A DNA stretch of 64,000 bases. Origin: a virus. The translations under genes were made by a program, and so were the position numbers. How positions within the stretch are numbered: the stretch's first letter is position 1; each line of letters begins with the position of its first letter. This document shows positions 21,346-30,940 of the stretch, piece after piece. The stretch covers positions 1 through 64,000 of the IMG/VR virus record IMGVR_UViG_3300026533_000002, one strand, 5' to 3'. The notes below the pieces were generated by a model. It was not told the DNA's origin. It saw only the letters and a list, made by a program, of their open reading frames with translations, and searched no databases.

Positions 21346-24300
21346 TGGGTTGTAAAGCTAATGATGCTAGAAAGAAAGTATGGGATATCTTAGAAGAAAG
21401 CAATGTACCAATGAATTTAAAGAAGCTAATAGCTAATGCAGTTGAGAAGGATTACAAAGAGAAAGCTGTTAGAGCTACTGAAGCATCAAAGAGAGAAGCT
21501 GAAGCTGATATAGTAAAAGCTATAGAAGAAGTAGATGACTCTAAGATTGTAAAAGAGAAGACTAAAGGTTCGTTATGGATAATGAGAAGTAAGTTTGACC
21601 CTGACTTTGGTAATCCTTTCCTATCTAAGCCTTCTAAAGATCCTAAAGCTAGTGACTTTGTATTACCTAAAGCTACAAACAAAGACTTAACATTAGCATT
21701 TTATAACTGGCTAGAGAATTCAGATAATGTACCTGCAGGTGTTAATGCTAAGACTAGAGAAGCACTAAATACTAAGAGAGATACTATAATCAATAGCATT
21801 GATAAAGTACTGAATGCTGAGTCACTAGTTTACAATAGTACAGGAGCTAATGAAAGTATAAACCCAGCTAAAGTGTTGATACTTATAAGCAATGTTGTTG
21901 GTGAGAAGTCTGGTAGTAAGTCTAAAGAAGGTAGCCAGTCTGAAAAGTATACTTCACACTTTAATAAGGGTAAGGCTACTGTAAAACCCAAGAATGGGCC
22001 AGATATGTTAAAAGCTAAACTAAAGGCAGAAGAGTCTAACTCTTATATAGGTTATGGTAAAGATGGTTCTAGTACTAAGCTATATGAGGACCAATTAAGA
22101 GAGCAAGGTATACCTATAAATAAAGGTAATTACTCTAAAGGTGATGTAGTATTTGCAAGTATAAATGGAACACCTACTAAGAAAGATTTAGACAGTACAT
22201 ATAACGAGGTAGTAAAAGCACTTGAATCTGGAGCTAAAGTTATACTAGATAGTAAAGAGTATATAGAAGATAGTTCATACAATAAAGGTGAGGCTCAACT
22301 AGCTAAGTTACTACAAGATAATGGGTACATTAGAGCAGATTCTAAGACTAAGGTACAAATTAGTCATAAGGCTAAGAGTGGTGGGTACATAGTCAAGAAT
22401 TATAGCGTAGGTATATGGAGTAAGAAACAAAGTAGCACTGGTAATAAGGACACTGCTAAGGACATTGTAAAGTTTACAGACATGTATACTACACTAGATG
22501 GTAAAGGGTATATTGATTCACGTATATCAAGTATTGAAAGTAGTTCAGACAATGAGCCTAGGTTAGTCTCAAGATATTATGATATCCTAAACAAAATAAA
22601 GTCTCCTTTACTAGTGCCTACAAAGGAATTACTTACAGCTATAGCTGATAGACCTGTTGATTTCTATATAGATATAAGTAATAGCCTGTCTATAGGCGAC
22701 GGAAATTTCATGAAAAAATATAAGTCAGATATAGAAAAAGTAGTGCCTGTAAAGGATTTTAAGAAATATGTAAACTACAGAGCAGGTGGTATTGCTGATA
22801 TAGGTTTCAATATTCCTGATAATATTGAAGCTTCCGCAGTTTTAGCTACTAGTAGCAAGTATACAATTAACGACATTGAAGAGATACTAGTAGATAGAAC
22901 TAAAACATTGGAGGACAACTTTAATATATGGAAGGGCATAGAAGAAGTTCTTAATAAGTCTTATAGTAGATGGAAAGACTCTGGAGGTACTGCTAAACAA
23001 GTAGACACTAATACTAAAGATATAAGTAAGTTCATAAAGTCACTTCCTTTGGATGATAATGAATTATATGAAATATACGATAAAGAAGATACATTTGGTA
23101 TGGATACCTATACTCTAAAAAAAGCTATAATACATCTTATTATATATGGCGGGTTAGAAATTGATAGCCCTATTGATGTAAGTCTCGAGGAAATGGCTAA
23201 GTATAAAGGTACTGACTTAGGAGAACAGATAAAGGACTACATGAAAAGTAATCTAAAGGGCCATGGAGGACACAGCCTGCCTAAAGATGATACTAATAAC
23301 TTAACTATTTATATAAGTAAATTATATGGTTTCGACTTACAGAAAGTAAATAGACTAGCTGTTCATTACGAAGAAGACTACTCAGAAATAACATTAAATG
23401 ATGTAAAAGATAAAACTTTTAAAGAAGTTGTAGAGGATGCCAACCTAGACTATACAGTACATGAAATTGGGCAGAACTTGCAGCCTGACTCTGGTGTAGC
23501 AGCAGTACTTGTGAAGAGCGGTACTAAGGATATAGAAGATGTTAGACTAGCTAGTAATATTTCAGAGATATCTGAAAGCATTAAGGACGGTTACAATAAA
23601 ATAGTAAGTACTGAGTTTGGAACATCAACTCAAAAACCTAAAAGTATTAAAACTACTAGTAACAGAGAACTTACACTAGAGTCAATCAAAGGTAAGTCAG
23701 TACAAGGTATAGTTGAAGAGGAAGGTTTTGAGTACTTCACTCAAACTGAGGCAGACAGAAGGTTGCCGTCAAGTACAGTTATTACCCTAGCTAATTCAGA
23801 TGGAGAACATATATCAAGTTTTACACCTACACTTGAAGAATTTAAAAACCTGATAAGTAGAGGGTATAGTACAATTAAAAGCACTAATGATGTGCACGAA
23901 ATACCGTTCCAACACTCATCAGACTTACCTTCTATAAAAAGTAACAGTAAAGAATTTGAGAGTATAAGATCTAAGTTAGCTAAGATGTACCCTGAAATTA
24001 AAGTAGAAGCATTAGATAAGATAGTAGACAGTGAAGGTATAGAAGTACTAGGTAAAGCATTAGATAGGATTGTGCAATACAATACTAATAAAGCTAAACT
24101 AGATACACTACCTCATGAGTATGCACATATTTATATAGACTTATTAGAAAGAACTAAGTTTGTTAAAGCCTTAATAGCTAAGACTATGAAGACACATAAC
24201 TTAAGCAGATACGATGCTAAAGAGTTTATTGTAACTCAAATGGGTGAGAATTACATAAAACAAATGAATGGTGAGAAGCTGAGTAAACCTATAGATAAGA

Positions 24301-26996
24301 GTCTACTTACTAGGTTATGGAAAGCTATAAAAGAGTTCTTTAATAAGGATGCATCTGAAGTAACTAAAGACATAGAAGAAGTATCTAAGAGATTTTATAA
24401 AGGAGAGAGAAGTACTACTAAAAGTAAAGTCAAAGCTAAATCAGCTACTAACACTGGAGATAGTAAAGGACCTACTACTAGAGTAGAGCTAAACTCTATG
24501 AGAGAATTAGATGCTTACATAGACTCAATAGCTAACAATAGAAGTGAAGCTACTAGAGCTAAACAGAAGTTAAAGTTCTTATCTAGTATAGTTCCAATAG
24601 ATAAGTTAGCAGTAACAGTACAAGATGTTCTATTATATGATGGTAAGAATGTAGATGGATTATACCACCATGGAGATGGATTAATAGAGTTAAGTAGAGA
24701 AGGTAACTTAGTAAATACTCTTGTACATGAGATAGTTCATTCACTTACTGAAAGAGCTTTACAGAAATCAGGCTTATCAGATACAGTTATGAAGTTAGAG
24801 AAGTTAAGAATAGAAGCTCATACTAAATCATATACTGAACTAGGAAATAAACCTAGTTTAATTTATGGGTTATCAGCTAATCAGACATTAGAAGAGCTAA
24901 ACAATGATACTGATGAGACTTTAATTAAATCAAGAGTAGCAGAGTTTGTAAGTGAATTAGTAGCTAACGATGAGTTACAAGACTTACTTACTAAGGTACT
25001 TAGAGAAAACCATAAGATACCTAGAAAAGTAGGTTCATTAGATGTAGTAGTTAAGTTATGGGGTAGATTAGTTAACCATTTAACTGAGGAAGATATAGAA
25101 AGTGCTTTAAGTGACGGGCTCACTCTAGTGAGAGCATTGATAACTGAAGGAGTTACTACTGATGGTTCTACTAAGAAAGCTCTAATAGTAAGAGCTAAAG
25201 AGAGAAGTCTAAATTTTGATGACATAAAAGACAAGCTAGCTAAGCTTTATCCTGAAATAAAAGTAGAAGCCTTGAATAAGGTAGTTAGTAGCGAAGGTGT
25301 AGAAGTACTGAGCAGAATTATAGACGGAATTATACAATACAGTAATGGTAAGGCTAAGTTAGATACACTACCTATCGAGTATGCTAACATATACATAAAG
25401 CTATTCAGAGATGCACCTATTGTGCAAGAAGCTGTTAAACAATGGGGTTCAGAAGAGAAGTTAGTTGAAGCTATAGGAGAGCAAGTAGTTAAGCAAGAAG
25501 GTAAGGTGTATGGTTGGTGGTCTAAGTTCAGTGAATGGACTAGTAATTTATTTGAAAAACTAAGTACTAGTAAAAAAGAAGAACTAAGTAAAGTACTGAC
25601 TGATGCGTTTCTACTTAACCAGAATTTGCATGCTATATCTTCTAGGAAAAGAACATATAAACAGTACAGGGATCTGTTAGCTAATGTGCAGCTGAGATAT
25701 AAGAAGGCAGGTATAGAAGTAACTAGTAAGGAATTTGCTGAGTACGCCTCTACTGTATTCCCAGACTCAGAGCTACAGGACCTGTACAAGCACGATACTA
25801 AGCTGCAAGAGAGTAAATTAGGCTTAGAAGGCACTAAAGAGTTTGCCAGCATTGTAGAAACTCTTCAAGGGAACGTTACACCTTTCACTTCACTTGCTGA
25901 AGATTTTGGAGATGAAATAGCTGCTGACTACAGCTTAAGTAAGAGAGAGTATATACAGAGTATAGTGGATGGTACTTTAGAGATAGACGAGGATACGGAG
26001 GACTGGTTAGAAGGTCTTGAGAAGGCAGATATATTAGAAAAACTAACAGGGAATAAAGATGCAGAATTGCCGACTTATAGTGAATCTATACCTGCTTTTA
26101 GTATACGTACTGGTAAACCTTTACAGATGAATGCTTCAGAAGTAAGGCTAAATAGTGGGAGTATGGAAACTTACAATGACGAGAGTATAGCTATACTAGT
26201 GAAGAAAACATCATCGAAAGGTAGGTATAACAAGTTAATTATGGACAAAAACTATGTAAACAGCAAGCTTAGTGATAAACTAGTAAGAGACCTTATAGTT
26301 GTAACTTCAATGACCAGTGATGATTTTGATGCCACGTACGACATACTACTAGATACTATGGTACCAACTATTCAAAAACTGCTTATGGCAGACAAGATTG
26401 ACAATGACACAACACTTGTCGATGTTTTTGATGAAATTATCAATAACCAAAACACTTACCCTGATACATTAGATTCTTTAGTGATGCTAGACTCAAAATT
26501 ATTAGATAGAATTAAAGCTAAGAAATCAAGTATTACAGAAGACTACAACTACTTCGTTGAAAGTATGGTACAGGAAAGTAGAAAGTCAATATACAGAGAA
26601 GGGTTTAAACGTGATAAAATAGGCTCACAGACAGGATTTAACTTTAGAGGGGAAGGTTTTTACTTTGGAGAGTTAGGGCAGGCAGCATGGGGAGACTCTA
26701 CATACACATATTTTGTAAAGTTAAATGGAAAGCTTGACGATTACAAGTTCGGGTATATACCTGACCTTAATACAGGTTACAGTGACTTTGACACTGCTGA
26801 GGTAAAAGAGGAGAAGACTAGAGCTTACTTAGACAATTATACTGACAGGTCTAAAGAAGCTTACGTAGAAGACCCTAGCCAAGTCCACATATTCGGCTCA
26901 GCAAATGATGTAGAAATGTTAAAGAAGTGGCTTGATAACAGTTATGCTAAAATGTCTATAAAAGATAAGGCTAAAGAAATAGCTGAAAGCTGTTAA
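21345..26996 (+). CDS. polyvalent virion cargo protein (DUF4326-like, zincin HExxH domains, ART-PolyVal-like C-terminus)
   Basis: FGNPF…AFYNWL segment; LDTLPHEYAH and LVHEIVH zincin motifs; C-terminal GEGFYFG…EAYVEDPSQVHIFGS; Cys only at residues 3 and 1883. Confidence 0.7.
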   Translation: MGCKANDARKKVWDILEESNVPMNLKKLIANAVEKDYKEKAVRATEASKREAEADIVKAIEEVDDSKIVKEKTKGSLWIMRSKFDPDFGNPFLSKPSKDPKASDFVLPKATNKDLTLAFYNWLENSDNVPAGVNAKTREALNTKRDTIINSIDKVLNAESLVYNSTGANESINPAKVLILISNVVGEKSGSKSKEGSQSEKYTSHFNKGKATVKPKNGPDMLKAKLKAEESNSYIGYGKDGSSTKLYEDQLREQGIPINKGNYSKGDVVFASINGTPTKKDLDSTYNEVVKALESGAKVILDSKEYIEDSSYNKGEAQLAKLLQDNGYIRADSKTKVQISHKAKSGGYIVKNYSVGIWSKKQSSTGNKDTAKDIVKFTDMYTTLDGKGYIDSRISSIESSSDNEPRLVSRYYDILNKIKSPLLVPTKELLTAIADRPVDFYIDISNSLSIGDGNFMKKYKSDIEKVVPVKDFKKYVNYRAGGIADIGFNIPDNIEASAVLATSSKYTINDIEEILVDRTKTLEDNFNIWKGIEEVLNKSYSRWKDSGGTAKQVDTNTKDISKFIKSLPLDDNELYEIYDKEDTFGMDTYTLKKAIIHLIIYGGLEIDSPIDVSLEEMAKYKGTDLGEQIKDYMKSNLKGHGGHSLPKDDTNNLTIYISKLYGFDLQKVNRLAVHYEEDYSEITLNDVKDKTFKEVVEDANLDYTVHEIGQNLQPDSGVAAVLVKSGTKDIEDVRLASNISEISESIKDGYNKIVSTEFGTSTQKPKSIKTTSNRELTLESIKGKSVQGIVEEEGFEYFTQTEADRRLPSSTVITLANSDGEHISSFTPTLEEFKNLISRGYSTIKSTNDVHEIPFQHSSDLPSIKSNSKEFESIRSKLAKMYPEIKVEALDKIVDSEGIEVLGKALDRIVQYNTNKAKLDTLPHEYAHIYIDLLERTKFVKALIAKTMKTHNLSRYDAKEFIVTQMGENYIKQMNGEKLSKPIDKSLLTRLWKAIKEFFNKDASEVTKDIEEVSKRFYKGERSTTKSKVKAKSATNTGDSKGPTTRVELNSMRELDAYIDSIANNRSEATRAKQKLKFLSSIVPIDKLAVTVQDVLLYDGKNVDGLYHHGDGLIELSREGNLVNTLVHEIVHSLTERALQKSGLSDTVMKLEKLRIEAHTKSYTELGNKPSLIYGLSANQTLEELNNDTDETLIKSRVAEFVSELVANDELQDLLTKVLRENHKIPRKVGSLDVVVKLWGRLVNHLTEEDIESALSDGLTLVRALITEGVTTDGSTKKALIVRAKERSLNFDDIKDKLAKLYPEIKVEALNKVVSSEGVEVLSRIIDGIIQYSNGKAKLDTLPIEYANIYIKLFRDAPIVQEAVKQWGSEEKLVEAIGEQVVKQEGKVYGWWSKFSEWTSNLFEKLSTSKKEELSKVLTDAFLLNQNLHAISSRKRTYKQYRDLLANVQLRYKKAGIEVTSKEFAEYASTVFPDSELQDLYKHDTKLQESKLGLEGTKEFASIVETLQGNVTPFTSLAEDFGDEIAADYSLSKREYIQSIVDGTLEIDEDTEDWLEGLEKADILEKLTGNKDAELPTYSESIPAFSIRTGKPLQMNASEVRLNSGSMETYNDESIAILVKKTSSKGRYNKLIMDKNYVNSKLSDKLVRDLIVVTSMTSDDFDATYDILLDTMVPTIQKLLMADKIDNDTTLVDVFDEIINNQNTYPDTLDSLVMLDSKLLDRIKAKKSSITEDYNYFVESMVQESRKSIYREGFKRDKIGSQTGFNFRGEGFYFGELGQAAWGDSTYTYFVKLNGKLDDYKFGYIPDLNTGYSDFDTAEVKEEKTRAYLDNYTDRSKEAYVEDPSQVHIFGSANDVEMLKKWLDNSYAKMSIKDKAKEIAESC
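23973..25400 (+). repeat. internal duplication (~56 aa; copies at 23973 and 25233, offset 1260 nt)
   Basis: KLAKMYPEIKVEALDKIVDSEGIEVL…KAKLDTLPHEYAHIY vs KLAKLYPEIKVEALNKVVSSEGVEVL…KAKLDTLPIEYANIY. Confidence 0.9.
26941..26953 (+). promoter_or_regulatory. putative internal extended -10 promoter GTTATGCTAAAAT
   Basis: 12/13 identical to the 10023 promoter; about 55 nt upstream of ATG 27008. Confidence 0.4.
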
Positions 26997-27007
26997 GGAT
27001 AGTTTAG

Positions 27008-30000
27008 ATGAAATGTGGTACACTAGAAAGTAAGATTCAGGAAGGTAGTAAAGAGGTTGGCGCAACGCAATTAATTATGGCAAAAGCTGTATCGGCTTAT
27101 AAAGACAATGTCTCGTCTGTAGGCTTGTCTTCAATAGATATTGATATGAAGAATATTAATGGATATGACACTAAACAAGTAGAGGCTATACAGAGCAAGA
27201 TAAGCACACTAGAAGGTACAGAAGTCAATATAATGACTAATGGTAAGGCTGGAGGTAAAAGTACTGTGAAGGCTCTTAAAATGAGTCCTAATATGTCTAT
27301 AGAATTAACTACTAAAGACGGTAGTAAACACGTACTTAACTTAGAAGGAACTAATGAGCAAGGCTCTATTAAAGTACCTGCTATTACTAAGTTACTTAAA
27401 CCATTTAAAGAAGCTAGAGATAAAGCCTGGGAAGACTCTATAAAGAATATAGGTAGTTATGCTTCAGACATAGATACAGAACTAGGTGATGCTTCTAGTG
27501 AAGAAATAGTAGATACATTGATGAATGATCCTGCTAGTGTTAAAAAGATGATGAAAGACCTTAGAGAAGCTGACGAGAATACTATTAGTGACTTCCATTA
27601 TAAAGTCTTAGAGAAAGTAGTTGATATGTATATAGGTACTGTAGGTAAAGCTATACCGGGTATGTTAAATGTTTATATGCTAGATAAAGCTGAGAAGAAT
27701 GGGGGAGAGTTTGTACTTAATAAAGGTATTAAGTTACAGATGGGTAAGAAGAATAAACTAGCTAAGAGTATGGTAGAGATATATGTACATGAACTTATAC
27801 ATGCTAGTACAGTATATGCTAGACATAGTACAGATGCTAAGGTTAGAAGAGCTGTGCAAGAGTTAGAGAAGCTTAGACTTAAGATACTGCCTAGATTAAA
27901 GCCTGGGGACTTAATACCTAATAGAATAGGAGAACCTACAGAGTTAGAACTTAACTACGGTGAAGCTGCTATAAACTACATGTCTAGTAAAGATACTGGA
28001 TTAGAAGAGTTTATAACTTACTCACTAACTAATGAGCCTATGATTAATGCTATTAATAATATTAGTAAAGACATTATTAAAGAGGAAGAGCTAGAAGATA
28101 AGACACTATGGGATAAGATAGTTGAATATGCACTTACTATGTTTGAAGGTGTAAAGAGAATTGCAGGTCAACAAGTACTAAGCCATAAAGAGGAAACAGC
28201 TATACAGCAGTTAGTATTAACTATGGTAGCTAATAATAACAAAGCAGTAGTTAGGAGAAAAGAAGGGCTATCTGGTAAGATGGAAGACTTCTTCGTTAAT
28301 ACTAATGATAAGTGGTCACAGATAATTAATAAATGGGATGCTAAAGCAGTAGAGAAGATGAGAAAGAAACATCCTACATTCAATCCTACAGGTTCTACTT
28401 ATAGTAAGGTGAAGTCGTTAGCAAGTAATGCTGCTAGGCTAGCTCTGGACCCAGAGACTAGAGTAGGTTTTGAGACTACACTTAGTGCTATTGGTTTAAA
28501 GGAAGAAGGAGTAGTCCAGACTGTAATACACCAAATGAGGGAGAAAGACTCACTCACTAGAACAATAGAGAACATGCTACTAAGGGCAGGCAATATAGAC
28601 CGTAAGAAAGAAAATATGAGACATATGTATCATAGCTTAGTGTTAGAAGGGTTTACGGAGAAACCAGCAGTACAACATCAAGAAGCAATGACTACTATAG
28701 GGTTAGATTTAGACCTTAGTAGCATATACAGTAAGCTTGGCAGCAGTAAGATTGCTAAACTACTCACTAATACTACTGAGCTATCTAAGGAGATAGAAGA
28801 TACTAAGAATGACATAAAAGAACTAGATAGTAGTAACTATAACTACTACACAGCTCAAGCTAAAGGTCTAGGGAACTTTATGGTTACGCATGTGCCAAAG
28901 GCAGTTTACCTTTATAATGCTAAAAGTATCGCAAGTAAACTTAATATGGATCAAATATTTGACCCAGATGAAGAGCTTATAACTGCTATAGACAAGTTAG
29001 CCACTCTTGAAGCGTTGCAGGTAGCTGAACAAGGAGATAAAGACGCATTAGCAGATTTAATAGCTAAAGATAGTAAAGGGGTGGATAACTTTATGGCATT
29101 CCATTCAATGTATAAAGATGTAGCACTTAGAGAAGCGTTTGAGGGCAAGCAAGAGAAAATAGTAAAAGGGCAGATAAAAGAGATTTATGACGGAGACATA
29201 TCGACTAAGATAATTAGAGTAGAGGACTTGAAAGAGTTTGAAGCTAAAGGTTATGAGAAAGTAGAAGATGTGAAAGTGCATAAAAAAGATAAGTCATTAT
29301 CTAAACTAGTGTTAGTAATTAATAGAGATAACATAACTAAGACTTACGATAAAGCTTTGATAAGACTAAAAGATGAGCATGTTCTAGGTACTTCCCTAGT
29401 TGAGACTAAGAAAATACAAGACAATGAATACGGCTCATCTGAGCTACTAGCAAGAGCTAGGAATGATATGGTACAAATAACAAATAGTATGTATAGACAA
29501 CTTAAGATGATGGAGAAAGGTACATATGACCCATCAAAAGACGAATACGATTTGTTAGCAGTACACAATGAGAAGGGAGAAGTAGAGTCTTATAGCTATA
29601 TAATGCCTAAAGCACAGAAAAAGACTTTAATGGATCAAGAAGTAAAGGCTCCAGTAGTTTTAGCTGGTATGTTTACAGATGTATATGACCTTAAGAATTC
29701 TAAAGAGTTTAACAGGGAAGTATTTAACTTAGCTAAGAAAGATGCTATTGAGAATGGAGTTAATCCTGAAGCTAGAGTTATCAAGAGTGATGCCGGTAAG
29801 AATTACATTATGCTAGAAGAGAATTCTAATAATAAAATCATAAGAGATATATGGAACATACTGCCTAAAGATTTTGCTAAACTCATTAAAGAAGAAGGCT
29901 ACAACGGTAAACTTCCACTTAGACGTGATGCATTACTAAACTATACAGGCAGTAGGAAACTAAGTGTAGCTGATGTATTGCCTAAAAGCACTAGTACATA

Positions 30001-30940
30001 TACTAAGCATTTAGTTAGACATATAGGGTCTCTATGGCAAGAATTTGTTAGCATAGCTGCTGGCAATATTATTATTAAAACACCTGCTGTATTTAAAGAG
30101 AATGTTAAGAGTAACTTTAACCTTAGTGTTAAGTTTGGCATATCTCCTATGGAAGTGTTTAGATTGCAAATGGATGGTGTTAAGTACCTAAAGGAATACC
30201 TAGACACTTCAAAGAAGTTAGAGAAACTTAAAGCACGTAAAGCAGCTAAGGTATTAGATAACTTACCTACTACTAATACTGATATACAGATTAAAGTGTT
30301 AGAAAGTATACTAACTAATAGTCCTGTAGCTAACATGATGGACAGGGGTATGTATAGCGGTATAATAGAAGACTCAGCATTCTCTGAAGCTAGAAGCCAA
30401 GGTAAGATTAGTAAAACAGCAGATAAGTTTCTAAATTACCTGCATCCATATGTAAGAACAGGAGTAGAGTATACATTCCTTAGTAGTAAAACTAAGTTAT
30501 ACAAACTAATGTCTACGATGATTCAGTTTAGTGACTTTGTTGCTAGGTATGCTCTAATACAAGCATTATTAAGACAAGGTCCTCCTCCTTCACTAAAAGA
30601 CTACACTGCAAAACAGTGGGAGGAGTATGTAATAAATTTAGCAAATGATGCAATGATTGTATACCCGTCACAACTTAGTCCTCTACATCAATATGCAGAG
30701 GACATGGGTTTTATTAAGTTCTCTAAGTACTTCATAAGAATACAGAATGTAATTAGACAAGGAGCTAGGAAACATCCAGTAAACTTCTTAGCAGCTATAC
30801 TAGGTCAAGAGCTACTAGGAGATGTAAGTGATGTAACTGACCAGAACCTTTTAACTAAAGACTATGGAAACTTATTCTATAGCCCTTACACTATTGCGAA
30901 AGAAGCTTCAGCAATGAAAGGATTAGAGCTAGTTACTTAA
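27008..30940 (+). CDS. N4 vRNAP C-terminal-domain homolog (zincin HELIH plus encapsidation region) as a separate gene
   Basis: EIYVHELIHAST…GLEEFITYSLTN, IDKLATLEAL, LWQEFVSIAAGNIIIK, IQFSDFVARY, YAEDMGFIKFSKYFIRIQ resemble the C-terminal third of N4-like gp50; Cys only at residue 3. Confidence 0.8.
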   Translation: MKCGTLESKIQEGSKEVGATQLIMAKAVSAYKDNVSSVGLSSIDIDMKNINGYDTKQVEAIQSKISTLEGTEVNIMTNGKAGGKSTVKALKMSPNMSIELTTKDGSKHVLNLEGTNEQGSIKVPAITKLLKPFKEARDKAWEDSIKNIGSYASDIDTELGDASSEEIVDTLMNDPASVKKMMKDLREADENTISDFHYKVLEKVVDMYIGTVGKAIPGMLNVYMLDKAEKNGGEFVLNKGIKLQMGKKNKLAKSMVEIYVHELIHASTVYARHSTDAKVRRAVQELEKLRLKILPRLKPGDLIPNRIGEPTELELNYGEAAINYMSSKDTGLEEFITYSLTNEPMINAINNISKDIIKEEELEDKTLWDKIVEYALTMFEGVKRIAGQQVLSHKEETAIQQLVLTMVANNNKAVVRRKEGLSGKMEDFFVNTNDKWSQIINKWDAKAVEKMRKKHPTFNPTGSTYSKVKSLASNAARLALDPETRVGFETTLSAIGLKEEGVVQTVIHQMREKDSLTRTIENMLLRAGNIDRKKENMRHMYHSLVLEGFTEKPAVQHQEAMTTIGLDLDLSSIYSKLGSSKIAKLLTNTTELSKEIEDTKNDIKELDSSNYNYYTAQAKGLGNFMVTHVPKAVYLYNAKSIASKLNMDQIFDPDEELITAIDKLATLEALQVAEQGDKDALADLIAKDSKGVDNFMAFHSMYKDVALREAFEGKQEKIVKGQIKEIYDGDISTKIIRVEDLKEFEAKGYEKVEDVKVHKKDKSLSKLVLVINRDNITKTYDKALIRLKDEHVLGTSLVETKKIQDNEYGSSELLARARNDMVQITNSMYRQLKMMEKGTYDPSKDEYDLLAVHNEKGEVESYSYIMPKAQKKTLMDQEVKAPVVLAGMFTDVYDLKNSKEFNREVFNLAKKDAIENGVNPEARVIKSDAGKNYIMLEENSNNKIIRDIWNILPKDFAKLIKEEGYNGKLPLRRDALLNYTGSRKLSVADVLPKSTSTYTKHLVRHIGSLWQEFVSIAAGNIIIKTPAVFKENVKSNFNLSVKFGISPMEVFRLQMDGVKYLKEYLDTSKKLEKLKARKAAKVLDNLPTTNTDIQIKVLESILTNSPVANMMDRGMYSGIIEDSAFSEARSQGKISKTADKFLNYLHPYVRTGVEYTFLSSKTKLYKLMSTMIQFSDFVARYALIQALLRQGPPPSLKDYTAKQWEEYVINLANDAMIVYPSQLSPLHQYAEDMGFIKFSKYFIRIQNVIRQGARKHPVNFLAAILGQELLGDVSDVTDQNLLTKDYGNLFYSPYTIAKEASAMKGLELVT

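Noticed and set aside
21337-21353. Programmed frameshift or readthrough fusing the vRNAP ORFs
   Set aside because: No slippery heptamer; the TAATG overlap plus AAGGA SD here, and a separate SD at 26995, indicate independent initiation.
2313-30336. Many antisense ORFs in the track (e.g. 2313-2735, 11583-11987, 19260-19694, 25247-25852) and + strand ORFs in the right half
   Set aside because: Shadow frames of real genes: Ser/Leu-rich, no SD, fully nested on the opposite strand.
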